Assembly (NCBI GenBank): GCA_951406725.2
Contig: OX597818.1
Location: 67,518,001 to 67,582,000 of the forward strand
DNA from: Octopus vulgaris
Lineage: Eukaryota
Direction: 5' to 3'
Length of the DNA: 64,000 nucleotides
This document shows, one piece after another, positions 13,884 through 26,721 of the stretch. Made by a program: the position numbers and the translations under genes. The notes beneath the pieces are model-generated. The model was given only the letters and a program-made list of their open reading frames with translations. It was not told the origin of the DNA and made no database searches. The stretch's first letter is position 1; every line of letters starts with the position of its first letter.

Positions 13884-14399
13884 CACTTTTTCTCAGCTAA
13901 TATAATCTTCATGTTCTCCAATGCCGTCAATATTTACTTATACACCCAGGTGTTCCTGAAAAGACAGGAGACATAAAGCATTATGAAATTTAGTCGGAAT
14001 ACCTGTAATTGCCGTGTACAACATGAAGTGTGAAAAGAAATTCGGACGTCAATTCTTTTCTATAACATCTTTGTAGAAAGTGAAATATCTCTGTTGTCAG
14101 AAACTTCTCAAACGAAGCTGTTATATAGTCTATATTAATGATTTGCTTTTTTAAAAGATTGCCCATGCGAGCCAAAAAATAATGAATTTGAAGTTGAACG
14201 AAATAGAAAATTAATTAACCGTGATGTCATTTTTTTTTATTCTAAAATTTTCCCAGACGAAAAATTATTCGAAGTCACTTTCAGGTGGAAGAAAATATCT
14301 CTGCGTATTTGTTTGTACCAGAGATAGGTGTGTGTGTGTTTGGATTTGTTTGTGCATGTATTTGTACACATGAGTGTAAAAACAGACACAGAGACAAAC

Positions 14400-14476
<77 letters not shown>

Positions 14477-14477
<1 letters not shown>

Positions 14478-14998
14478 TAGCAGCATAGCCCGGCATTGCC
14501 CAGGTATGTAAGAGCTCCTGGAGCAGACATGATGCTCGCTGTGAATTTTTAAAAAATTCCTGCCAATTTGTTAAAGATATTGTCGAAAATATGTCATCTT
14601 GAATTTGAACGCGATTTCCCAAAATGGCATGATTTTATCGATTTTTTCTGATGGTAAGGTATTGCATGGAAAACTAACGTTAGAATTAAGTTTCTTAGGG
14701 TAACATTAAGCTTCACCATGAGTTTGGTGAAAATCGATTGCAAGTTGTGAAAACTACAACAGAAAATGTGTTGCAAATAAAAAGCTTAGATTCTCGACTC
14801 CATGTCGAATTTATCGATTTTTTCAGAACTGGGGGAACTTTTCAAACTTTTCACTGCGTTAGTTTTGAATTATGACATTGGGCTATGTATGTGTCAAGTT
14901 TCATTAGAATCGGTTGAAAGCCGTGGTCAGGGTGAGGGTACAACCTGACAGACACACAGACACACAGACAGACAAACTGCCGTTTATATAGAGAGAGA
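14477..14998 (-). mobile_element. Non-autonomous Helitron
   Basis: The minus strand starts TCTCTCTCTATATAAAC and ends with the hairpin CCTGGGCAATGCCGGG then CTAG. It is inserted between A and T with no TSD. Confidence 0.85.
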
Positions 14999-15465
14999 TA
15001 TTGTGAAGATGAAATGGGACATTGGACATTTAGTTTCGCGCACCGGTTTGTTCAGCCAATGGCGCAAAGTTTTCCTGAAACAGAGAGAGAGGTCTTCTCA
15101 AGAACAGCGTGTTGTGAAGGGTTTCATAATTTTGTTATAAACGTCAAGACTAGGACGCTCCCAAGTTCCACTGGCAGTGATAAAGAAGTTAATTCTTAGA
15201 CTGTCAATATAAGGATTAAGTAGATCATTTAGTGGAATACTTGATTAACTGCAAAGTTACGGAGGGAGGGAGGAATGGAATGGAAGTGGAAGGATAAATT
15301 TTACTAGATAAGGACTACTGTAAAATGAAACTGAAAAGAGACGCTTAGAAGATTTCAGGATGAATAACAAAAGCTGTTATACATGTACTTTGGGAAAAAA
15401 AGATCCATGGCTGCAGTTTAACGACGAAAACAAGTTAAAAGTAGACGATATAAGTACATGTGAAA

Positions 15466-15688
15466 GGCGGCGAGCTGTCAGAACCGTTAGCACGCTGGGC
15501 GAAATGCGTAGCCGTATGCCGTTACGTTCTGAGTTCAAATTCCGCCGTGGTCCACTTTGCCTTTCATCCTTTCGGGGCCGATAAATTAAGTAACAGTTAC
15601 GCACTGGGGTCGATACAATCGACTTAACCCGTTTGTGTGTCCTTGTTTGTCCCTTCTGTGTTTATCCCCTTGTGGGTAGTAAAGAAAT
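15466..15688 (+). mobile_element. tRNA-derived SINE (family B, Nin/Deu-like central domain)
   Basis: GGCGGCGAGCTG head, B-box GAGTTCAAATTC and GCCTTTCATCCTTTCGGGG.CGATAAA core. Several copies occur in the window. Confidence 0.9.
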
Positions 15689-17938
15689 AGATATGTACAT
15701 GTGAGGGCGAAAACGAAAAAAGAAAAAAAACGAAGTATTTGAAAGCACTTTAAAGAATTAAAATGAAATTATAAACTGATGATATGACGAATTCCTTGTA
15801 TTACTAAAATTCAGAGCTCAGGCATCACCTGTTTGATTGTTTAACCAGATATGTTATTGTCATGTAACAGTCTTAGTGAGAACGGATCTTTTCACTTCTA
15901 TAGTTAAGAGATGAGGAATTATGTACATTATGACAATGTTGTAGATGTGTGACTTAGTATTGTTGGCTGATCTGATGCAGTGCCTGGTCGAGTTAATGAA
16001 GAAAAATGCATTTGTTGGGCTGCGTCGGTTTTTTTACAAATGACAACTGCAATAATTATGTACTAGATAAGTTTACGGAAAGCTTACTGATACAGAAGTA
16101 TGTGACTGATCCACCATAACTGGAAAACAGTGTGCCACATTTGTGTGCTATGCGTATGTAAAGTTCTATGCGTGCATCTATCTATCTTTTGATCCCCTCT
16201 CCGTCGCCAATCTAGTGATTTTGTAATGTACACCGCCAGGAAACTAAGAGTTCCTTATCGATATATAACCAATTCATTTTGGCATAATATGTTTGAAATA
16301 TGCAAGATTTGTTTACCATAAACAAGAGTGACGCCACTTGGGCTACAAATATTGTAAAGTAACTCGGAGTGAAGAAGAATGTCGCCAATTCTTTGTAATG
16401 GAACTTATCCTTTTACCAATTGTTTTGTTTTTATCCTATCCACTATATTACGCGAAATGTCCCTTTATAGTCATTGGTTCTGTCTACTACATTACTTGGG
16501 TTTTCGTGTTTCCGTTCAATCTGTAACTCTTCGAACCGGTATAATTTCCTGTCGGTTGGCTTATTTGTACGCAGTTCGGTTCCGATGTAGAAATATCACA
16601 AACAATATCTGATTCTTCTCAGAGCATAGTTTCAGCCTACAGACGCCAGGGCTATGGACCAATCACGCTCCTGTTGCGCCACTCTTCCCACTGTAGGATT
16701 AAACATTTATAAAATGTATTATTTCTTTTCTTGTCAGTTCTGGCTTTCATTTACTACATCATAACTCATACATTTATTTATTTCTCGCTTTTGTGTAATG
16801 AGATGCTTCATATATAAGAAAGACAAACTACAAACTTCATTTACATGGCTCTATGCTGGGAAAATACCTAACATTTTGCTTCGAGATACTTACTTACAGA
16901 AGCTCATTATACAAGAAGAGGGGATACACTGGGGTGATATACGAACACACACACACACACACACACACAAACACGCACACAAACACACACACAAACACAC
17001 ACCACGCACGCACAGATCCATAAACATTTGGAGGCCTTCATACGCGTGGGCTGCATGCTAGTTGCGGTTTTGTAACTATAACATTTAAAACAGCATGTTT
17101 TAGAATTGTATTTATCAATCGGAATAACAACCATTAGAATACAATTACTTTTGTTGGCAAGATTAATTCCATTTGAATATGATTTTAAAAAAGCTTGTGT
17201 CAAAGGCATTTGTAAAGTTGCCGGTTTTCCGAAGACATTCCTTCTGCAGATTATTAGCTCGATAACTAAAACGGTGGGTAATATTTTTGAGAGATGCCTG
17301 GAAGTAAACAGTGTGAATTAGAGATGTGCAAACCCTATTTTTCAAATTATCTCACTTGTGAGACATTTAGGCCGTTGTTATTGAAACAATTGGTCTTTTT
17401 CGGTTGATCGTTGTTGGACGTATACTCTTTCATTTTTGTACTTGGTCGATCTTTTGAACAATGCATCTATTTTGTGATTCTTCATCAAGGTATAAACGGA
17501 TTGATAGCAATTAGCCGGCTACAAAAATGCAACCTCACTTTAGCATAGCTTGCGCTCGCTGAAGTGTGTATTGTGTTTTACAAGTATTCAAACTCAAGGA
17601 AAGCCACTTGTTACTCAACATATTCTACTTTACATCACGTAACACAGATTTCATAAAAGCAATTTATGTTTCTGAAGATCATAAAGTTTCCATTTCTGAA
17701 GCCGTTTTAATTTCTGATAATCGTAATAATGTCGTGCTTTTCATAAGCCAACAAAGTATTGTTCCATTAACTCCCGAGTATTTTTCGCAGATATGTTGCA
17801 GGAAGAGTCTTATGTTTTCAATGGACATTCTTCATTTTGAAGGCTTCCTTATCTTATCAACAATTCAATTATTAATGCAGCAATTTTGCAGCATTTTCTT
17901 CTGTGTTGAGGCATTTTAAGAAAATGGCAAAATCTATA

Positions 17939-18320
17939 CAGTTCTATATTTAAATGATGAGGAATTATGTACTTAATTTAGATTATTTACATTTCAAGGA
18001 TATTTGTCCTCATCATGTTTGTTGTTAACACAACGTTTCGGCTGATATAACCTCCATCTTTCATATCGTGTAGTGGTTAAGAGCGTGGTCTACTAACCCC
18101 AAGATTCCGAATTCGATTCCAGGCAATGAACTAAAAAAAAATAATAATGATAACAACAACAACAACATCGAAAATACTTTAGGAATGAGAACCCAGGTTC
18201 GAAATTTCCCCCCAAGAAACCTGATGAAGGCTGGAGGGTATATCAGCCGAAACGTTGTGTTAACAACAGAGAAGACGAGGAAAAATATACGTCACATGTC
18301 AATTATCTAAATAATGTGCA
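17939..18320 (+). mobile_element. Family H SINE-like element (inverted tail + tRNA head + HHR tail), copy 2
   Basis: 17939-18063 is an inverted copy of the tail. The head GTGTAGTGGTTAAGAGCGTGG...TTCGATTCC lies at about 18068-18125. The HHR core CTGATGA-A-GGCTG..CAGCC-GAAA-CG-TT-GTGTT lies at 18216-18261. Confidence 0.85.
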
Positions 18321-18679
18321 AAATCTATATTTTCCATTTTTCTTTTCACAATCTAAATTAGCAAAAACTAAACCATATGACGTAAAATATTTCAATAAAA
18401 GGATAAATGAAGTCCGTAAGCTAAAATTTAAATGTTATATCTAAAGATATAGTCAGAAATATTAAATTTATAATTCTCTCATAGAGATATGTACGGTGGT
18501 GGGGCGATAGAATGGTTGTATACTGTCAATCTAACGTGAACGGGACAGTAGGGGGTTACACCACCGCTGTTTAGCCCTATGAAGCATCGACGCTTCCTGA
18601 TGGCTTCGACACATTTTTCCTGTGTCCATATATACATATAACGAAGGGGAGACAAACACCCCCAGCAGCCAGAACATCA

Positions 18680-18726
18680 TCTAAAGACACGCATGTTTCA
18701 GGATCATTGTCCATCATCGGTCTAGA
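18680..18726 (-). ncRNA. Type I minimal hammerhead ribozyme (CCGAUGA core variant), unit 1
   Basis: Minus strand: TCTAGA-CCGATGA-TGGA-CAATGA-TCCT-GAAA-CATGCGTG-TC-TTTAGA. Confidence 0.75.
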
Positions 18727-19043
18727 GTAGCAAACGCCCGCCAGCCGAGAATATCTGTCCCGATTCGCAAATGTATATATCTAATTTTCAGTGAAGTTTA
18801 TTCACTGATTACCAAAATCAGAAATTTTAAATTTCTAAATCACTCATAGAGATATGTACGGTGGTGGGGCGATAGAATGGTTGTATACTGTCAATCTAAC
18901 GTGAACGTGACAGTAGGGGGTTACACACCGCCTGTTTAGCCCTAGGAAGCATCGACGCTTCCTGCTGGCTTCGACACATTTTTCCTGTGTCCTTATATAC
19001 ATTTACGAAGGGGAGACAAACACCCCCAGCAGCCAGGCCTGCA

Positions 19044-19090
19044 TCTAGAGACATGCATGTTTCAGGATCATTGTCCATCATCGGTCTAGA
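19044..19090 (-). ncRNA. Type I minimal hammerhead ribozyme (CCGAUGA core variant), unit 2
   Basis: Minus strand: TCTAGA-CCGATGA-TGGA-CAATGA-TCCT-GAAA-CATGCATG-TC-TCTAGA. It has a 6-bp stem I, a palindromic stem III and a GUC site. Confidence 0.8.
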
Positions 19091-19473
19091 GTAGCAGTAG
19101 CCCGCCAGCTGTTGATATCTATCCCGATACTTCCTAGGGCTAAACAGCGGTGGTGTAACCCCCTATTGTCATGTTCACGTTAGATTGACAGTATACAGCC
19201 ATTCTAAAGATATAGTTATATAGAAACCGAGTTCAAAATGAAATAGAATTTTCAAATTTTTCATGAAAACATGTTCTGTGTTCTAACTTCCCCAAGGTCG
19301 ATTTTGTCTTCCGGGGGTCTATAAATTAAGTACCAGTGAGAAACGGATTTCCACTAGTCCCCTCTCGCCAAATGTCCAGACCTTGTGCCTTTAGTAAAAG
19401 GGATAACTATACCTGAATGTACTGTATAAGCTGCAAATACACACACACGCACACACACACACACACATATATA

Positions 19474-19513
<40 letters not shown>

Positions 19514-22204
19514 TATTCCCACGCATATAAATATTATTCTATTTATGGGAGGAGCCCTTGTTTCTCATCTCGCATGATGATTTTTGCTACATATATCTGT
19601 GTGATATATTGTTATAATTCATGGTGGTCATTTTCTACCCCCTCCTCCTTGAACTACATAAAACTGCTTCCCTATGCCACCTGCTGTCTTGAGTCTGCAC
19701 CGTCTCTCACTACACTGCATGCTATAGGCAACATTCCTAATCTTACAGTCAGCCTATGGATTCATCCTACATACTATACAGTTGTTATCCGCAAATGGGG
19801 GCATTTTGAATGGAAATGTTCTACAATGGAGGCCTTTCGAATGAATCTGTTCTACAGATCAGGGATTTTATGGGTGTCCCTGGCCTTTCAACTACTTCAA
19901 TCCATAGAGGTACTTTAAGATTTTCCTAAAGAGGTATGCGAGTTCACTGGATGGGGTAGCATTGACGATCATGTGTACGTCTGTCGTTGTGTGTGTGCAT
20001 GCGTGTTGTGTATACCAATATGCACAAAGATTTCACTGCATGCATGGCTAGGTACTTGTATGTGTGTACAAGAAATGTCCGCTCAGATGTCAGGAACAAC
20101 GATACACTCTCCTTTTAACACTTATTTTCAGCCGACATGTTTTCCCTTCATCCAATATGCAGACATCTTCGCGGAGAGCGAACCTATTAGAAATTACAAT
20201 TCGAGCTCCCCTTGTTTTAGATCCCAGATTTTCTAACCAAAAAGATATTTAGTATTTTCTATGCTGGGTATAAAATATCTAAGTATTACATGATCACCAT
20301 AGTTACATTTATAACAGAAATCTAAACAAGATATCTCCACATTGATTTGGTTTTTCTACCCTAAGTCACAGAGCATATTCTTTCCTTTTTAGTAATATTT
20401 CTAACAACAATCCAGAATCCATAACCGGGAATATGTTGATATAAGACTCAGCTGATATCTAACCAGTATTAATTTAGACAATGGTTTACTTCACTGCATC
20501 GGAGTTCCGTTCAACAGTCTTAAGTGCATACTTGTTATCTTAAGTAGAGAAGTGCCCTCATTATATTTATCCGAATGTTCCTTACCAGAGATACCATTGT
20601 TACATTGTTCCATCACTATAATCAATAGAATATGAAGCAGAATATTGAAATAGTTCTTTGGAGGAAATAGATTTTCCTAAGATTTGAATCTGTTGAAATT
20701 GCGTAAAGCAACGAGAAACACAAAACAACTTTGTCATATTTCAGCAATATTTTGTTATTATAATGAAATACGCATTCTCCATCATGATATCCCACAGATA
20801 TATCATTATAAGAATAAACACGAATATCAAAAGTAAGGATACGCCAAGTTTTCACATAGACATATTTACTTTTCGTAAGAATGAATAGAACCACGCCATA
20901 TTCTTTTGTGCTACATATATATTGTGAGAGTAAAATTTCTTAAACATATGAACACACTAAATAATATCCTTCGTAGCATCAGTAATTGTCCTTCATTTAT
21001 ATACAACTTCATATTACACAGATACTACTTATGTTGGTTCTTTCTCTTTTCGTCAAATTTTCCTTGTTTCCTTGAGATTTCCTACAATCATATTTCAGAA
21101 TCCAAAAGTGTCTTCATTGTTTCCCAATCGTGTTTCTTGCACCGAGGCAATCGAGAAATGAATTAGAAAAGATTCTGCTGCTATTTCTAGTTAATTACTT
21201 GACTAACGAATCGCTGCATCATGAGCATGATTTGGATTGTTATTAATAGTTAATTATAAAAAATATAATTACCATTCTTTAGAGGCAAATCGTATAATGC
21301 TGTGAGAGAAAACCAGAATCTGAAACGTTGTAGATTATTGGAATATTTCGCAGAAACAGAATTAACAACCAAGAGCTGAAGATTATGCTTCGATGGGTTT
21401 CGGAAAATAAAGATAAAGTTGTTATTCAAAGAATGCATATATTGTAGTGGAAGATGTGTTTGTGATAACACAAATGTCTAAAAGACTCAAAGAAGTGGGG
21501 CAAAGATTGCAAGAAATCTTTGTGTTAACGGTCAAATTGATTTAATGCAATCTGAACATGACAGAATTTGCTTGCCGCAAGTAGCACATAAAATGCGATA
21601 TGACTTTATTAAATAAATGCGCAGAACCATTGGGTGGAAATGTCGTTTATAATACTGAAAAATTGTCATAAAATACAACTAAGCATAAATTGAAGTTACA
21701 TTGATTGGTTAGATTCTGTTCGGTATTCACAAAATGGTGGATTAAATGAGTGTATGTTAGTTTAAAAAGCGGTTGTACATCTGCCTCATATGGTACAGTC
21801 CAAACTGTTATGTTTCGTTGAGGTTATATGTCCCAAAAGAAGTCCTACTCGAACACAACGATAATCAGATGTTACCTGTACTTTCAACTGAGTATATTGT
21901 CCAAGGTGAAATACCTGCTTCTACTGACGGCTGCATGTTAATGTTGGAAGGGATTCAACTGCGACTTTAATCCAGTAGCGGTTAACATCGAGACATATAT
22001 TTATATATGCGTATATTCATAAACATTCGCATACAATGTTGTATATATCAATTAAAACTTATTAGCTATCGATCAAAGAACCAAAGCAATTTCGCGCCTT
22101 GAAATGATAATATTGATCCCTTTTCTTGACGCCGGCAGCGAAAAGCAGCCGAGAACTGGCGAGCCAAGGAAGAGGGGACCAAACACGAGAAAGTGAACAT
22201 GAGA

Positions 22205-22355
22205 GGTTGTGTGACAAGAAGCTTACTTCCCAACCACATGGTACTGGCTTCAGTCCCACTGCCTCTCACCTTAGGTATCTGTCTTCTACTATAGTTTCCG
22301 GCCCACCAAAGCCTTGTTAGTGGATTTGGTAGACGGAAACTGAAACAGGTCCATC

Positions 22356-22439
<84 letters not shown>

Positions 22440-22660
22440 ATATATTTGTGTGTGTATGTGCATTTGTGTCTGTGTTTTTCACCCACCATTGCGTGATAAT
22501 AGACGTTGGTATGTTTATGACCCATAACTTAGCAGTTCGGCAAAAGAGGACCAATGGACTAAGTACTAGGTTTACAAAGAATAAGTACTGGGGTAGAATT
22601 CTCGTCTAAAGTTGGTGCTCCAGCATGGCCGCTGTCAAATGACTGAAACAAATAAAAGAG
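22205..22660 (+). mobile_element. SINE family A
   Basis: Head, GGATTTGGTAGACGGAAACTGAAA, internal (TA)n and CCAGCATGGCC tail. Confidence 0.9.
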
Positions 22661-22695
22661 CAAACAACAAATAATTAAATTTAATTAATTAATTA

Positions 22696-23600
22696 ATTAA
22701 TTAATATGCAATACAGAAAAGGAATATACAAACATGAAACAAATGCGCAATAAACAATATATGAACGAAAATGTATTCAAGAGGCGATCATGAGTGGACC
22801 CCTTTTAGGGATTGTTTACAGTGTCTTTATATTTTCGTACATCTGTTTCTATCGTTTCTCCTCCTTTTTCTCCCTATCACCTCTCTTTTACCACTTCCCT
22901 CTCAACACTTCTCTGCTGTTGTCTTTCTTTTACTTTCTATTTCCCTTTTACTCTCTACTGTCCGGGGATCTCTCTCTGAACCCTACAGTTTTTCTCCTTC
23001 CTACAACAGGCACGAGACCCGTGATCAGCGTCATCACTTATTCTCTTTTCCTTTTCACGCCGAAGCAACTGGTCACTTTTCACCTCCAGCTTTCAACACG
23101 TTTTGCTGTCCATCTGTTGTCATGTTTGTAATCCTGTAGGATATTCTTCCTGGCGCTAACCAAAAAGCATTTCATGTCTGGTCCTAAAGACCCATTCTTT
23201 TTATTTATTTCATTTTGTACACATCTCTCTTGTTTGTTTTCATCATTTTCCCTCATCCTTCCACTCATGGTCTCGTCGTCTTAAATATTTTTTCTTTCGT
23301 ATATTTTATATTGCACATTTATTTCATGTTTCTATCTTCACTTGCATAATTGTTCATTTTGTCATGTTTGATCCCTTGTTAGTTGGCTTGCTATTTCCCG
23401 TTGACTGATCTTTGGCGACGCCACCAAAGACGAGCAGTATCATCGTTTGAAGGTGCAATATTCCACTGATCGTTTGGTCGATAACTGATGAGGATTTGCT
23501 GATCTTCTATGACTGATTTCCATCTCGTTTGCGTTTTGCGTTTGTTTTTTAACTTATTATTTGATGGAACACAACGGACTGTCTCTTATTTTGTCCACAG
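22696..23600 (+). mobile_element. PLE-like non-coding repeat with degenerate inverted segment, related to 54350-54965
   Basis: 22696-22798 is an imperfect inverted copy of 23260-23352. It shares a CT-rich tract, CACG.GACC, CGCCGAAGCAAC and TTGGCG..CCAAA..GAGCA..CTGATGA with the 54.4-54.9 kb repeat. Confidence 0.55.
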
Positions 23601-24719
23601 TAAGGGTTTATATATATGTGTGTGGGGGGTGCGTGCGTGTGTGTGAATGTATGCATGTGTGTATGTATTTATAATTATACCCCACACACAAACAGATATA
23701 TACATATATATATATATATATGGCGAAACTGCAGTCTAAGAAGAACCGAGTTAGTAAAAGTTTTTATTTTCATTTCACTAAATTTATCAAGCTTCTGTGT
23801 ATCTAGTACATACTTCGCCTTTAATGTACTTATATATGAATAATATATGGCCTGTGCTAGAAACACCAGCGATAATAATTAATTTTATTTTATCGCATTC
23901 TGACTTTGTTTATATATATATATAAAGAGAGAGACAGTGAGGAAGAGAATGAGCCATCCAGAGTCCCTTTCAGTAATTCTTGCAATGGCGGCAATTGCAA
24001 CGAGGTACGTCTTAAATCGTATCGGTCTGAGACATTTCAATTTTAAATTTTAGCGGAAATAAGATGCTCTAAATACTCGTGTTTCTCTCTTTCTGATTTT
24101 ACGCATTGCAAATATCCTAAATATTGATATTACACTGGAAAATAATCGTTTTACAGACTAATATTTCCTTGAGAAAATAAATACCAATATGCATACAAAC
24201 ATACACACTTAGATTCATCTAATCCATTTCAACAGAAATTCCATCAAACGAATTTCTTTTAGAAGATGGCCCATTGATAGATAAGTAGTTCTGTCTCATG
24301 TTTAGCCCCTTGTGAGCAATAAAGAAATAAGTATTGTCATAGAAGCATTCAAAGATTGTTAATGTCCTGCATTTCCTTCTAAATATACTAATCTGAATAA
24401 TGATAAATTCAGCACACCTCCAAAGGCAGATATATTATATAAAGATAAAGAGATAGTACCCTAAATTGGCCTCTCGGTGACTGGTTAAGTCGAGTACATT
24501 GGTCACAATGTTCAACTGGTACTTATTTTATCGATACCGAAACGAAAAAGGCAGTTTTGTCATCGGCAGAATTTTAACAAATAACGAACGAAATGTCGCT
24601 AAGCGCTTTGCATATGGATTCTGCCGGCGCGCCCTCTTATTTGTACTTCATATATTACAAGAACTTTTCTCCGACTTTCAAACAATTCTCCAAACTCCAC
24701 ACACACAAACACACACACG

Positions 24720-25870
24720 CACATCTGAGGAATTGCAACCGTGTTTCGTGGTCTTCTACCACAACAGCTCCTTTATGGGATCCAGTTAACTCAAGATATC
24801 ATCAGGAGGAACCACGTCCGGTTTCGGCCCCTACTCCTCTATCGCTTTGACGTGGCGCCCCCACCCCTTTCGGAGGTGTCTTCAGCTCTGGTGTTGGGTG
24901 CATGTCTTCTTTCTTCTTCTTTCTTCTGTTCACTGACCTCTTCCATGTATCGTCAGCGAGTGTCAGCCGGTGTCAGCCGGTGACTGACTGACTTGTCAAA
25001 GTTTTCCCTTTAAATACCTGCCGCTTAGCTCAAGCAGGCAGCCCCAGCAAGTTGTCACGTGACACTGTCTCGCCTTAACTGACTAGTGAAGGCGCGTAGT
25101 TTTAGCCCGCACTTTTTCTTAACGACCATCACCTGTCAGTCAGCGAAGCTGATTCAGTGTCAGCTTGTCTCACCTAAGGACGTTATTTCCCGCCGAGTTT
25201 GTTCATAAAGTCTTTCGGCGTTGAATTTTTGTTAGAAAAGTCAACTTATTATTGAAAATGAAGGACGGTACTTTCAACAACTCTTATAAAGTTTTTTTTT
25301 TCAATCTTGTAAAGTCTAATATATTCTTGTTTATCAAAGGTGAAAATTTAAACTTGCGAAGTAGAAAAACAGCTTTAAAAGATGGAATGTTTACAAAATT
25401 CTATTATATCAAATATGATTTAAATGTTCACAACATTCAATGATGCAAAAAATATGGAGCATCTTGATTAAATTCACAAAATTCAATAGTTTTAGAAGTG
25501 ATCGATAAGGAATGTGGATCTCCAAAGGTTCAATAATACTGAGGTCAGAGGGAAAAAAAAAACAAGAAAGAAATGAAGATAATAAAAAGAAAAGGGTTTC
25601 TTACAGTTTCTGTGATTCTTTTCCTTCGTGTGCAAGACTTCTCTCTTGTAATGGTATTTTTTTGGAATCCAGTTATTTATAATTCTTTTTCCGTGAACGT
25701 ACCCGATTTTCTATTCGTTAAATTTCTAATGGCGTCTCATTTCTCTGGTGGTCAAGTTTGTCGTTCTGCCTGGTTGACTTCCCTGTGGGGAACAATCAGC
25801 AGCCGTTCCAGTTGGTTGATTCTTTTAAAGAGACGTTTTCTTATATTTACTTGAGAGATTTTTGAATTAT
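24720..25870 (-). mobile_element. Possible decayed/deleted Penelope-like element
   Basis: Weak minus-strand motifs (IRNLTNRKSGTFTEKEL; LSIIEPLEIH), followed by a GC-rich 3' region carrying HHR core strands at 24795-24860. Confidence 0.35.
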
Positions 25871-25915
25871 GTCAGATATAATTCAAGAAACCACAAATAA
25901 TAGACACACACACAC

Positions 25916-25985
<70 letters not shown>

Positions 25986-26200
25986 GTGTTTGCGCATGAG
26001 TGATAAGTGAAACTGAGAGTACATGGAATCATTCGTGAGATGTGAGATCATCTGTGCATGTACATTTGTAACTACAAAGGCTTTTCGTTACGATACACAA
26101 ATTACGTTTCTAACACAAGATCGTAAATGAGTTGTTGTTCAATGTAATTTCGGTTAATTTATCATGCATGACAAGTCTATAGCTTTTGGTAAGAAAATAT

Positions 26201-26256
<56 letters not shown>

Positions 26257-26427
26257 AAAAAAGTGAAGATAGAAACTGCTAAAATAATTGGAAAGATTAA
26301 ATGAAAAGTTTTTCTTTTAAAATAATATTTGGATAGTTTTCAACTAGTATTTCTGCCTGTCTCTCATCCTCTCTTGTTTACTCTTGTGGGTTCGACGTCG
26401 TTGTGTGCATGTGTGTATATATAGTCT

Positions 26428-26637
26428 CTCTTTACTCTTTTACTTGTTTCAGTCATTTTGACTGAAGCCATGCTGGAGCACCGCCTTTAGTCGAGCAAAT
26501 TGACCTCGGGACTTATTCTTTGTAAGCCCAGTACTTATTCTATCGTTCTCTATTGCCGAACCGCTAAGTGATGGGGACGTAAACACACCAGCATCGGTTG
26601 TCAAGCAATGCTAGGGGGACAAACACAGACACACAAA

Positions 26638-26721
<84 letters not shown>

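Larger units (their letters stand above)
18454..19206 (-). mobile_element. Retrozyme-like element: two tandem ~364-nt HHR units, terminal inversion, 10-bp TSD
   Basis: Direct repeat units start at about 18454 and 18819. An inverted arm lies at 19125-19206. AAGATATAGT is duplicated at 18444-18453 and 19207-19216. Confidence 0.85.

Noticed and set aside
18068-18130. tRNA-like sequences (also ~402-480, 32822-32890, 47118-47190, 53629-53665)
   Set aside because: They lack a proper acceptor stem and continue into repeat bodies, so they are SINE heads rather than tRNA genes.
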